Assembly: GCA_965205505.1 (NCBI GenBank)
Contig: CBDBHB010000009.1
Location: forward strand, 2,304,001 to 2,368,000
Length of the DNA: 64,000 nt
Reading direction: 5' to 3'
DNA from: Acidobacteriota bacterium
Lineage (GTDB): Bacteria > Acidobacteriota > UBA890 > WLXD01
The notes beneath the pieces are model-generated. The model was not told the DNA's origin, did no database searches, and saw nothing but the letters and a program-made list of their open reading frames with translations. Positions 22,153 through 31,742 of the stretch are shown one piece after another. The position numbers and the translations under genes were made by a program. Positions within the stretch are counted from its first letter, which is position 1. Every line of letters starts with the position of its first letter.

Positions 22153-23384
22153 ATGATTCTCATCGAGAAAGGGCTTACCGGCTACCTGCTCAAGCGCGGT
22201 GATACCGGCCGGTGGTACTTGAAATACCAACCACCGACGCGCAAGGGCTGGGTGTGGCGATCAACTAAAGAGCGCTCCCCGGCCAGCTCGGCTAGTCGCG
22301 CGCGAGATCCTGCGGCGAGCATCGGCGTCTCCGACAGGCTCTCCCACCTGCATCACGATGCGCGAACTGCGTGACGGGTATCTCGACAATATAGCGCTGC
22401 GTCGCCGGCCCGGAACCGTCGAGCTCTATCGGATCTACCTCGATACCCACATCGTGCCGTTCTTCCACCCCAGCACCTACGCCGACACGATCACGCCCCC
22501 GCAGATCGACGAGTACCTCGACCATCGCCTGAGCCAGGGCGTGATGGCGACAACGGTCAACAAGGAGTTGAGCTGCGTCCGACGCCTGTTCGCCTATGCC
22601 CGCAAGTTCCATGGTCTGCGAACCAACCCGGCCCGGATCGTGGAATCGCTCGACAGCGACTCGATACCCCGAAAGCGGGCTTTGACCCCCGCAGAGGTGT
22701 TCAAGCTATACGCGCACGCGGGTCCACATCTGAGGCCCTGGATCGTCACGGACTACTTGCTTGGCGCGCGTCCTGCTGAGTGCAGCCACTTGCGCCGTGC
22801 GGATCTTGACTTCGGTCGTCGAACGGTGCGACTGATCGGCGATCCTCAGACCGGACACAACCCCAAGACGGCGCGGTTCGGAACGCAGCCTCCCCATGGT
22901 GCCAGTGCTGGCAGACTACCTACGCGCGCTCCCAGCACGCGTAGACACTCCCTACATCTTCACTGGTATGGACGGCGGACCTCGGCGAAGTGTCCGCACA
23001 GCATTCGCCAACACTGTCGAGCGTGCGGCGCTGAATCCGGCACGCGATCCCGGCGAGGACGAGGCAGGATTCCGGGCTCGATACCTACGGGACCGGGTAA
23101 CGCCCCATACGTTGCGGCATTCGTGGGCGACCACGCTGGCCGAGCACGGAGTCGACCGGCACGACCTCAAGAGGTGGGGTGGCTGGACGCAAGACACAAC
23201 TGTGAGTCGCTACGTCGACGAGGCTCGAGCAACGAAGCGGCAGGTCAAGCTGGTGCGGATCGACGAGATTCGATTCTTCGAGCCGACACCTGAGGCCGTG
23301 GACGTCGCGGGTCGCGATGATGGCTTGGTGCGGATCTTGGTGCGACTCGGTCAAACTGGCGCCAGGGCGGTTTCTGGCGCGTGA
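22153..23384 (+). pseudogene. tyrosine recombinase/phage integrase with two frameshifts (~22290, ~22880)
   Basis: Arm-like RWYLKY...WRST, TTVNKELSCVRRLF, LGARPAEC (catalytic R), PKT, HTLRHSWAT (HxxR), GGW...TVSRY; abuts the tRNA 3' end. Confidence 0.88.
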
Positions 23385-23407
23385 CGTAAGTACCGATGAA
23401 CATTGAG

Positions 23408-23491
23408 TGCCCAAGAGAGGACTTGAACCTCCACGGGGTTGCCCCCACTAGGTCCTGAACCTAGCGCGTCTGCCAATTCCGCCACTTGGGC
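23408..23491 (-). tRNA. tRNA-Leu(CAG)
   Basis: GCCCAAGTGGCGGAATTGGCAGACGCGCTAGGTTCAGGACCTAGTGGGGGCAACCCCGTGGAGGTTCAAGTCCTCTCTTGGGCA; full cloverleaf with long variable arm; CCA not encoded; TGTTATACT extended -10 just upstream. Confidence 0.97.
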
Positions 23492-23546
23492 ATGGACGGG
23501 CGAGTATAACAAGGGTTTCGCCACGGCATTCTGGAGCCGTGGTAGC

Positions 23547-25382
23547 TCAACGCATCAGCGGTAGGTCGGGCTCCAGAGATGGCCTGACCAGCACCCCGAG
23601 GTTGCGTATGTCGCCACTTCCTGCGGTGTCGAATATGGGCAGGGTGCCCTGCTCCGACCAGATGCTGAACCGATATAGCCAGCTCGGTCCCTCGATGTGG
23701 CGTTGCTGTTCGTCGACCTCGAGGGTGAGCTCGATCGCGCCGCGCGGCTCGATGAGGCGCTCCACCACCTGGCTGCCGAAGCGCACTATGACTCGGTTGG
23801 CCCGCGTGCGATTGCGGATACTGAGCGTGATGCGCTCGGCGGGTGCCGCGGTACGTAGGACGACCTCGGCATCTCGCCCTCCCTTGACCCAAAACCCACC
23901 CACCTCCGGCTCGGACAGGTAGGTGTTGTCGTCGAGGAAGTAGACATGGAATCTGGCTGGCCTGGTGAGGGTTTGCCGGCGCGCCCGCGGGTTGGTGTTG
24001 AACGGGAGATTGTGGAGAATGGTCAGCTCGACCGGGAACAAGGTGTAGGGCAAATGGGTGGTGTGCGCAGCCGGTCGGAGCGAGGCGGTTACCGGGCTGA
24101 GCACGATCTGCGCCAGGCACATGCCCCATACAACCCAGGAGGCAGCCGAGGCTGCAAGGCGCGTACCGGTGGGCAGGATGAAGAAGAGCACCGGATATAC
24201 GTTGGCGAAGTAGCGGCTGCCGACCGTGCCGCCACCTCCGATCCAGTTGCCGCGCACGTACAGCACGATTGCCAGAATCTCCAGAAGCCAGAACACCGCC
24301 AGCAGGCCGCGCGGGCTCATTAGGCGCCATCGGCTGCGTACCAGGAACAGACCCAGCGCCAAGACTGCCGGAAACATGTAGAGCACCATGCCGCCGTTAC
24401 GCCCGATCCACACGTAGACGAGGTCGCGTGCCCAGGTGTCGAATGGCGGCAGCGCGGCGGCGAAGTCGGAGAGATTGGTGGTTATGTCGATGCCGATCGA
24501 AGCGAAAGTCTGGTCGGGGCTAAAGAGCGGATACGACGTGTTGACGTTGAATTGCCGACGGTCGCCGCCCTGGTAGTTGGGGCTGCCGATCCAGGCCCAG
24601 GTGACCGCGAACATCGCCAGGATAACGCCGGCGCAGACGGTGCCGCACGCGATGGAGCGCCCCCATCTTCGTCGCCACAGGTTCCACAGCAGTAGCGGAG
24701 CGATGAGCAGGATATTCGGCGGCTTGGAGAAGATTGCCAGACCGTAGACCAGCGCTGCCGCGTAGTCGGTCCAGGCTCCCTCGAGAAGCGAGCTCCATCT
24801 GCCGCCCCGCGACGCATTGGGGGTCTCCTTGTATAGCCACAGGAAGGTGGCCAGGAACATCAAGGTGCAGTTGAACCACTCCGGGGTCATCCAGAAGAAG
24901 TACAGCGTGACCACCGACCCGAGCACGTAGGTGACGGTGAAGAGGCTGGCTACCGCCGACGCCGACCCACGCCGCGCATAGGTGTACCCGGCCGCGAGCA
25001 TGGTGGCGAGCAACAGCGCGTGCAGAATGAAGAACCCGTTGTCGCCGAAGAGTCGGACAAAGGGTGCCGCCACCAGCGGGTAGATCCACGCCTTCGAGTA
25101 GTAGAGGTGGCCGTTGGCAGGATTGCGGACCAGGAAGATGCCAGAGGGCCCGCCACTGTAGCCGGCCGCGTACACACGCTCCAGGTCCTTGCTTTCGTAC
25201 CGGATGTCGCCGTCGAACGCGAAGCTATAGGCCATCGAGTGGTAGACGGCCTCGTCGCTCCAAAAAATGCCCGTGTGGGTGCCGTTGGTCTTGCTTTCGG
25301 CGACGCGCAGCGTGGCTGCGTAACCGAGGGCGGCCAGCGAGATCAGCACCAGCATCAGCACGGGCAGACGGCGTCCGAGCAT
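23547..25382 (-). CDS. polytopic membrane protein, GT-C glycosyltransferase-like
   Basis: WSDEAVY acidic motif after TM1, many TM helices, GGGGTVGSRYF, periplasmic C-terminal domain. Confidence 0.6.
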   Translation of the reverse strand: MLGRRLPVLMLVLISLAALGYAATLRVAESKTNGTHTGIFWSDEAVYHSMAYSFAFDGDIRYESKDLERVYAAGYSGGPSGIFLVRNPANGHLYYSKAWIYPLVAAPFVRLFGDNGFFILHALLLATMLAAGYTYARRGSASAVASLFTVTYVLGSVVTLYFFWMTPEWFNCTLMFLATFLWLYKETPNASRGGRWSSLLEGAWTDYAAALVYGLAIFSKPPNILLIAPLLLWNLWRRRWGRSIACGTVCAGVILAMFAVTWAWIGSPNYQGGDRRQFNVNTSYPLFSPDQTFASIGIDITTNLSDFAAALPPFDTWARDLVYVWIGRNGGMVLYMFPAVLALGLFLVRSRWRLMSPRGLLAVFWLLEILAIVLYVRGNWIGGGGTVGSRYFANVYPVLFFILPTGTRLAASAASWVVWGMCLAQIVLSPVTASLRPAAHTTHLPYTLFPVELTILHNLPFNTNPRARRQTLTRPARFHVYFLDDNTYLSEPEVGGFWVKGGRDAEVVLRTAAPAERITLSIRNRTRANRVIVRFGSQVVERLIEPRGAIELTLEVDEQQRHIEGPSWLYRFSIWSEQGTLPIFDTAGSGDIRNLGVLVRPSLEPDLPLMR

Positions 25383-25659
25383 GCGCGAGAGGGTACACCA
25401 GCATACGTGGGCGCGTCGGAGTGGCAGATGCTATGATTTTGCAGTGGCCGTACGCTGACCGGCACACTAGGTCGCCGCCACGCAACGGGCCTACCGCTCT
25501 GCTCACCCACCCCGATCTCGGGGCGCTGGCGGTTCCGCGGCCCCGCGGCGCGACCACTCAATGCGCAGCATCGTAAAGGCGCAGGATCGCTACAGACATT
25601 TGCACCTGAGGACACGATGAGACTGCGCGCCCGGAGCAACTGTCAGCATAGAGTTGTAG

Positions 25660-28473
25660 ATGACCATCTCCACGTCTGCCGAGCCGGTGCTCGACGCTTC
25701 TCGCCTTCTCACTCATTTGCGCGACTCAGCGCGCGGCCCGGTGTCTCCCGATGCCCTCGCCAGCGAGCTTGAGCTCGACCCAGGACTCGTTTCCCGACTG
25801 CAGCCTCTCCTCGACGAGCTCGTAGCCGCTGGCACTGTCGTCGAGAGTCGGGGCCGCTACGGGGCTCCCGAGCGCATGAACCTCGTCGTTGGGCGCCTGA
25901 GCGCGCACCCCGACGGCTTTGCGTTCGTGGTACCACCTGTAGGGTCCGGTCAGTCCGACCTCTTCATCCCAGGTCATCAGCTGCGGGGTGCGCTGCACGG
26001 CGACCGCGTGATCGCTCGCTTCGAGCATCGACGTCGCAGCGGCAAGCGCGAGGGCCGGGTGATTCGCGTGCTCGAGCGTGCACGCAGCAGAATCGTTGCC
26101 AAGCTCGAGCAGGTAGGGGGACTTGCCTACGCCCGCCCGCTCGATCGGCGGCTCGGCAACGAGATTGTCATACCGCCGAGTTCCCTCGGCGACGCCGCCG
26201 ACGGACAGATCGTCAGCGTCGAGATTGTCGAGTATCCAAAGGGCCGGCGCGGCGCTGTCGGCAGGGTCGTCGAGGTGCTCGGTGACGCCGCCGACGCCAA
26301 GGTCGACGCCGAGATCGTGATTCGTGAGTACGACCTTCGTCACGAGTTTCCCGCCGCGGTGCTGAAGGAGGCGAGTGAGACCGCGACGACGGTCAGCGAA
26401 GAGGAGATCGAAGGACGCACGGATTTTCGCACCTTGCCCATCATAACGATCGACGGTGAGAACGCACAGGATTTCGACGATGCCGTGCACGTGGAAGGTC
26501 AGCCTGACGGGACCTATCGACTGCATATCCACATCGCCGACGTAGCGCATTACGTTGCGCCAGGCTCGCACGTCGATGCGGAGGCGCGAAAGCGCGCCAC
26601 GTCTGTCTACTTTCCGGATCGCGTCCTGCCGATGTTGCCGGAATCGCTGTCGAACGGCATCTGCTCGCTGAAGCCAGGGGTCGACCGTCTGGTGCAATCG
26701 CTGGTCGTCGATATCGACCGCCAGGGCCGCACGCTGAACTACGAGTGTCACGACGGTGTTATCCATTCCGCCGCACGCCTGACCTACAGGCAGGTGGCAG
26801 CGGTTCTGGACGGCGATGATGGAGCCCGGAAGGAACACGAGGCACACGTCGAGAACCTCGAGCGCATGCAGGAGCTCGCCAAGCTGCTCATGGATGTGCG
26901 CCGGCAACGTGGCAGCATCGACTTCGACCTGCCGGAGCCCGAGCTGATTATCAACTTGCGCGGCGTGACCGAGGACATCGTGCGCGCCGAGCGCAACGCG
27001 GCGCACCGGATCATCGAGGAATTCATGATTCGGGCCAATGAGGTCGTGGCCAGCCACTTGACCTGGGAAGGTGTGGACGGGCTCTATCGCGTGCATGAAG
27101 GGCCCGACGAAACCCGCGTCGAAGCGCTACGCGACTTCCTCAGCGGCCTTGGCTACTCGTTCGGCGGCGGGCCTACACCGAGCCCGCGCCACTTCAGCGA
27201 ACTGCTGGAGCGACTCGAAGGTAGGCCCGAGGAGCGCGTCGTATCCATGCTCGTGCTGCGCACCATGAAGCGGGCGCAGTACCGGGTCGAGAACGAGGGG
27301 CACTTCGGTCTGGCGTCGGACCGCTACACGCACTTCACCTCGCCCATCCGTCGCTATCCCGACCTGATTGTCCACCGAGTATTGAAATTCGACCGCGACT
27401 CGTCGGCGGGGTCCGATGCCGCCGTCCTGGCGCCGGCAGACCTCGAGAGCATAGCCAGCGACTGCTCGACCCAGGAGCGTCGTGCCGAGGAGGCCGAACG
27501 TGAGTACTGCGGCTGGAAGAAGGTGCAGTTCATGTCGGACAAGCTCGGGGAGGTGTACACGGGGCACATCGTGGGCGTGCAAGCATTCGGCTTCTTCGTC
27601 GAGCTCGACGATGTGCTAGTCGAGGGCATGGTGCCGGTATCGACACTGAGCGACGACTACTACCGGTTCGACGAGGCCAAGCACAGCTTGCGGGGAGAGC
27701 GCGGCAGCCGCGTTCTGGCACTCGGCGATCAGGTGCGGGTGCGTGTTGCCAAGGCCGACGTGGGACGTCGCCGGCTCGACTTTGTACTTGAAGAAGGCCC
27801 CCTGCCCAAGGCCGCGCCCGTGCCCGAGAAGCGCGCGCGCCAGCGCGGCGGACGACGTCGTCGTGGACGCGGAAAGCCGGCGCCACTGGCGGCCGATGCG
27901 CCAGCCGGAAAAGAGCAGCAGGAAACGGCCGGTGTCGGCGATGCCTCCGAGGCATCTTCGGAGGGGGCCAAGCCGCGTCGTCGCCGCGGTCGTCGTGGCG
28001 GGCGTAGGCGCAGGCGTAGCACACCGGCTTCGGCAGCCGGCGAGACCGTCAGCTCGGAGAGCTCATCCGCACCCGCTGATGGCGCCGAATCGGCGGCTGA
28101 GGCGACCACCGATACGCGCGCCGGTGGCGCGGGCGGCTCGGAAAAGAGCGCTGGTTCTCGTGGCCGCCGTCGTCGCCGCGGCGGTGCCAGAGAGTCCGAG
28201 AGTGGCTCGCGACGGGCGCGTGGCAAGTCGTCCGCCGACAAAGGTCACGGTACCGGCGACGATACCAGAGCGAAGTCGACCTCTGGATCTCGTGTCCGAG
28301 GGGGCCGAGGGCGCGGGCGCAACGACCGGCGCCCCGGCGGCCGAGGGCGTCGCCCCGAGGGGGCACTCCCGGCGCCGACACGCCCTGAGCCGGCCGAGCC
28401 TGCGACGAAGCCGAAGGACGACAAGGTCGAGCGCCCAAGTGTGAATCCGTACCTCACCGATTTGGACTTCTAG
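25660..28473 (+). CDS. rnr: ribonuclease R with a long Arg/Ser-rich C-terminal tail
   Basis: HPDGFAFV, ALHGDRV, TIDGENAQDFDDA, HIADVAHYV, HFTSPIRRYPDLIVHR, S1 domain. Confidence 0.95.
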   Translation: MTISTSAEPVLDASRLLTHLRDSARGPVSPDALASELELDPGLVSRLQPLLDELVAAGTVVESRGRYGAPERMNLVVGRLSAHPDGFAFVVPPVGSGQSDLFIPGHQLRGALHGDRVIARFEHRRRSGKREGRVIRVLERARSRIVAKLEQVGGLAYARPLDRRLGNEIVIPPSSLGDAADGQIVSVEIVEYPKGRRGAVGRVVEVLGDAADAKVDAEIVIREYDLRHEFPAAVLKEASETATTVSEEEIEGRTDFRTLPIITIDGENAQDFDDAVHVEGQPDGTYRLHIHIADVAHYVAPGSHVDAEARKRATSVYFPDRVLPMLPESLSNGICSLKPGVDRLVQSLVVDIDRQGRTLNYECHDGVIHSAARLTYRQVAAVLDGDDGARKEHEAHVENLERMQELAKLLMDVRRQRGSIDFDLPEPELIINLRGVTEDIVRAERNAAHRIIEEFMIRANEVVASHLTWEGVDGLYRVHEGPDETRVEALRDFLSGLGYSFGGGPTPSPRHFSELLERLEGRPEERVVSMLVLRTMKRAQYRVENEGHFGLASDRYTHFTSPIRRYPDLIVHRVLKFDRDSSAGSDAAVLAPADLESIASDCSTQERRAEEAEREYCGWKKVQFMSDKLGEVYTGHIVGVQAFGFFVELDDVLVEGMVPVSTLSDDYYRFDEAKHSLRGERGSRVLALGDQVRVRVAKADVGRRRLDFVLEEGPLPKAAPVPEKRARQRGGRRRRGRGKPAPLAADAPAGKEQQETAGVGDASEASSEGAKPRRRRGRRGGRRRRRSTPASAAGETVSSESSSAPADGAESAAEATTDTRAGGAGGSEKSAGSRGRRRRRGGARESESGSRRARGKSSADKGHGTGDDTRAKSTSGSRVRGGRGRGRNDRRPGGRGRRPEGALPAPTRPEPAEPATKPKDDKVERPSVNPYLTDLDF

Positions 28474-28902
28474 TCCTAAATAAGCGCTTTTCGAGAACCC
28501 CGCCGTTCCGGCGTATTCCGGCTTTCTCCTCGGAAATCAACGACTTACGGCATTACGATGTTTACGAGGATTCCGAGCAGATAGCTCGGTTCAGGGACAA
28601 AAAAGGGACAATCTGGGGACAGTCCCAGTTCCAGGGGTTTCTGTCCCACGAGAGGCAGGATGTCGCTCTTCAGCGCGCGCCTTGAGAATCTCGCCGTCGA
28701 TCATCGTGGCATCGACGACGATGTCGATCAGCTCGTCGGCGGCCATGGTCAACGGTAGGCCGTTAGCCTCGCTCCGTCCACTGCCCGACTTCTTCGTGCA
28801 CCAACGCAAGCCGATTTCTCACGGCGGCGGCGATTAGCCAGCCCGCATTGTCTTGGTAGCCAGTGCGGCGTGGGGGTGCTGTCAGGCCAGCCTTGACACG
28901 CA

Positions 28903-30228
28903 TTGATCGCCCACCACAAGCGTCAAACCGCTCGAGTGAAGGGTGCGGAACCGTGCTTTTCTCCGCGGCGGCTGAATGCTGATTTCATGTCGGAACAAAC
29001 TGAGGATAGGAAACGGATCGACAGAATCCTTGTCGCAGTGCCTGTGTCGATCGCGCTGCTTGTCGCCGGTACGCTCGGCGCCGTCCCCGCTAGCGGCCCG
29101 CTGGTCGAGCGCGCGGCGGCACCAGTGCTTCTAAAGGGAATCGCCGAGATCCCGGCCTGCGGCAAGCACCGGAAGCTCTACTCGGTGTCGCCGGTCGCGC
29201 CGAGCGATATAAGCTACATCATCCCGCTCGGCAACCTGGCCCCGTCGGCGCACACCTTCCCCACGGCGCACCTCTACTTGCACGTCAGACGCACGGTGCC
29301 AGGCGACAACAACACCCCGACGGTGGAGGTGCCGGTCGTCGCCCCGGGCCCGATCTGGATCACCCGCATCTCCTCCAGCGAGAACCTCGATCAGGGAACG
29401 CAGGACTTTTCGCTCCACTTCTCCCCCTGCGCCGAGCACGAGGCCTACTTTATCCACTTGACGACGCTCGCCCGCCAGCTCAGCAAGCAGCTGGTCGGGC
29501 CTCGGAGCTGCAATGAGTACACAACGGGCGGCGAACGCTGGCGCCAGTGCAGCAAGAATGTTCACGTGGCGCTCGCGGCCGGGGAGGCCATCGGGACGGC
29601 CGGGGGTGGCCTACAGCGGAACGCCCTCGACCTCGGCGCCTCCGATTCACGCGTTCGGCCGTCAGTCTACGCTAGTCCCGAACGCTGGGAGGGACGTCCC
29701 AACCAGCTCACGCTGGTGTGCGCGCTCGACTACTTCAATCCCTCCACGCGGCGCCGCCTGCGCTCCCTTCTCGGCGACGAACGGACACGCCGCAAGAAGA
29801 AGCCGATCTGCGGTGAGGTGGCCCAGGACGTTCCGGGTACGCTGCAGGGAGTCTGGTTCGTCGCCGGCACCCGCGAGCTGACCTCCGAAGACGCCCACCT
29901 GGCCTTGGTCCACGACAACTTCGATCCGGGCAAGGGGGTCTTCTCGGTCGGTATCTCGATGCAGCGCAGCGGCCTACCCTCGGCCACTTACTACTTCGAG
30001 CCAGCGACGACGGGAGCCAGGAACCGTGAGTTCGGGCAGGTCCGCAAGCGCAACAAGGTCTACTGCTACGAGGTGAAGCCTAGGTTCGCCCAGGCAACCG
30101 ACCCCGTAACGGTCATCCTCGCCGTGCTGACCGGCCCTTCGACTCTCCGGCTGGAGCGGACCGAGCTCAGCGCCTGCGGCAGTCCGCCGTGGCGACAAGG
30201 TTCCGACTACACCGAGTTCGAACGCTAG
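28903..30228 (+). CDS. secreted hypothetical protein (Cys-containing)
   Basis: 441-aa ORF with a signal-like hydrophobic stretch (true start probably 28988 or later) and GC-type codon usage. Confidence 0.6.
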   Translation: MIAHHKRQTARVKGAEPCFSPRRLNADFMSEQTEDRKRIDRILVAVPVSIALLVAGTLGAVPASGPLVERAAAPVLLKGIAEIPACGKHRKLYSVSPVAPSDISYIIPLGNLAPSAHTFPTAHLYLHVRRTVPGDNNTPTVEVPVVAPGPIWITRISSSENLDQGTQDFSLHFSPCAEHEAYFIHLTTLARQLSKQLVGPRSCNEYTTGGERWRQCSKNVHVALAAGEAIGTAGGGLQRNALDLGASDSRVRPSVYASPERWEGRPNQLTLVCALDYFNPSTRRRLRSLLGDERTRRKKKPICGEVAQDVPGTLQGVWFVAGTRELTSEDAHLALVHDNFDPGKGVFSVGISMQRSGLPSATYYFEPATTGARNREFGQVRKRNKVYCYEVKPRFAQATDPVTVILAVLTGPSTLRLERTELSACGSPPWRQGSDYTEFER

Positions 30229-30287
30229 CAGGCTAGCAGGCCCCTGGGTGCGCGGAGTCTCGTCGGCCGGTCCACTAGAATCACCGC

Positions 30288-31742
30288 ATGGGCAGTGGCA
30301 CCGGGGCAGATTACGAGACCATCGTCGGACTGGAAGTGCATGTCCAGCTGCGGACTCGGACCAAGTTGTTCTGCGGCTGCGCTCCGAAATTCGGCGACCC
30401 GCCGAACGTGCACACCTGTCCGGTGTGCCTCGGTCTGCCGGGGGCGCTGCCGGTCGCCAACGACACAGCAGTTCGGTTGTCCACCATCGTCGCCGTAGCG
30501 CTCGAGTGCGAAATCGCGCCGCGCGCCGTATTCGCACGCAAGAACTATTTCTATCCCGACTTGCCGAAGGGTTATCAGATCTCGCAGTACGAGCTGCCAA
30601 TCGGTACGTGTGGGCGGTTGCGGTATCACAGCCGTGACGTAACGGAGTGCACTCGTGTCCATCGCGTTCACCTGGAAGAGGATGCCGGGAAGTCGTCGCA
30701 CGGCCGACCGGGGACCGGCGGCCGAACGCTGATCGATCTGAATCGGTGCGGTACGGTGTTGCTGGAGATCGTCACCGAACCCGATCTCAACGGCCCCCAA
30801 CAGGCGAGCGACTTTCTCGCCGCCTTGCGGATCATGCTTCTACATCTCGAGGTCACCGACGCCAACATGGAGGAGGGGAGCCTACGGTGCGACGCCAACA
30901 TCTCGCTGCGGCCGAGCGGGCAGGAGGCTCTCAATCCCAAGACCGAGCTGAAGAACCTCAACTCGTTTCGCTTCCTGCGCCAGGCACTGGCGTTCGAGGA
31001 GCGGCGGCAAGCGGCAGTGTTGGACGATGGCGGTAGCCTCGAAACGGCCACCCGGCTGTGGGACGTAGACAAGGGAGAAACCGTAGAGATGCGTTCCAAG
31101 GAGGAGGAACACGACTACCGCTACTTTCCCGATCCCGATCTCGTGCCGTTGCAGATCGACGATGCGGCGATCGAGGAGGCACGGCAGCAAGTTCCGGAGC
31201 TGCCGTTCGAGCGGGCGCAACGATTCGAGCGTGACGGGAACGTGTCCGGCGAGGACGCTCGCTGGTTGGTGGACGATCCGAGCCGAGCCGACTACTACGA
31301 GACGGTAGTGGCTGCGGGGGCCGATGCTGGCCTGGCGAGCAACTGGATACGCGGCGAGGTGGCGGCGTGGCTGCGACAGCACGATGTTGCCGTGTCGGCG
31401 TTCCCGGTACGCGCCGAAGATCTCGCCGGGCTGCTGGCCGCGATAACCGACCGAACGATCTCCAACAGCGCCGCCAAGAAGGTGCTGGATCAAATGGCGG
31501 CGACGCGAGCGTCGGCGCGTGAGATCATCGCCGCCGAGGCACTCGAGCAGGTGGGCGACCCGGCGGTGCTCGAGCCGATCATCGCCGCGGTCGTGAGCGG
31601 GCGGCAAGACGAGGTGCAGGCGTATCGCGCCGGCCGCCACCAGGTGCTCGGCGTGCTCATTGGCGAAGTCATGCGTGAGAGCAAGGGACGGGCCGACCCG
31701 GCCCTCGTGCGACGGCTGCTCGAGGAGAAGCTGCAAGAATGA
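30288..31742 (+). CDS. gatB: Asp/Glu-tRNA(Asn/Gln) amidotransferase subunit B
   Basis: GLEVHVQL, FARKNYFYPDLPKGYQISQ, HLEEDAGKS, EGSLRCDANIS, YRYFPDPDL. Confidence 0.97.
   Translation: MGSGTGADYETIVGLEVHVQLRTRTKLFCGCAPKFGDPPNVHTCPVCLGLPGALPVANDTAVRLSTIVAVALECEIAPRAVFARKNYFYPDLPKGYQISQYELPIGTCGRLRYHSRDVTECTRVHRVHLEEDAGKSSHGRPGTGGRTLIDLNRCGTVLLEIVTEPDLNGPQQASDFLAALRIMLLHLEVTDANMEEGSLRCDANISLRPSGQEALNPKTELKNLNSFRFLRQALAFEERRQAAVLDDGGSLETATRLWDVDKGETVEMRSKEEEHDYRYFPDPDLVPLQIDDAAIEEARQQVPELPFERAQRFERDGNVSGEDARWLVDDPSRADYYETVVAAGADAGLASNWIRGEVAAWLRQHDVAVSAFPVRAEDLAGLLAAITDRTISNSAAKKVLDQMAATRASAREIIAAEALEQVGDPAVLEPIIAAVVSGRQDEVQAYRAGRHQVLGVLIGEVMRESKGRADPALVRRLLEEKLQE

Larger units (their letters stand above)
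4206..23491. mobile_element. ~19 kb tRNA-Leu(CAG)-integrated genomic island, decaying
   Basis: Bounded by a full tRNA-Leu(CAG) and a same-orientation 3' tRNA fragment; tyrosine integrase and Xis-like HTH adjacent to the tRNA; IS3 and many pseudogenes inside. Confidence 0.7.

Noticed and set aside
25430-25660. Riboswitch or ncRNA upstream of rnr
   Set aside because: Only generic GC hairpins and a possible extended -10 (TGCTATGAT); no recognisable aptamer consensus
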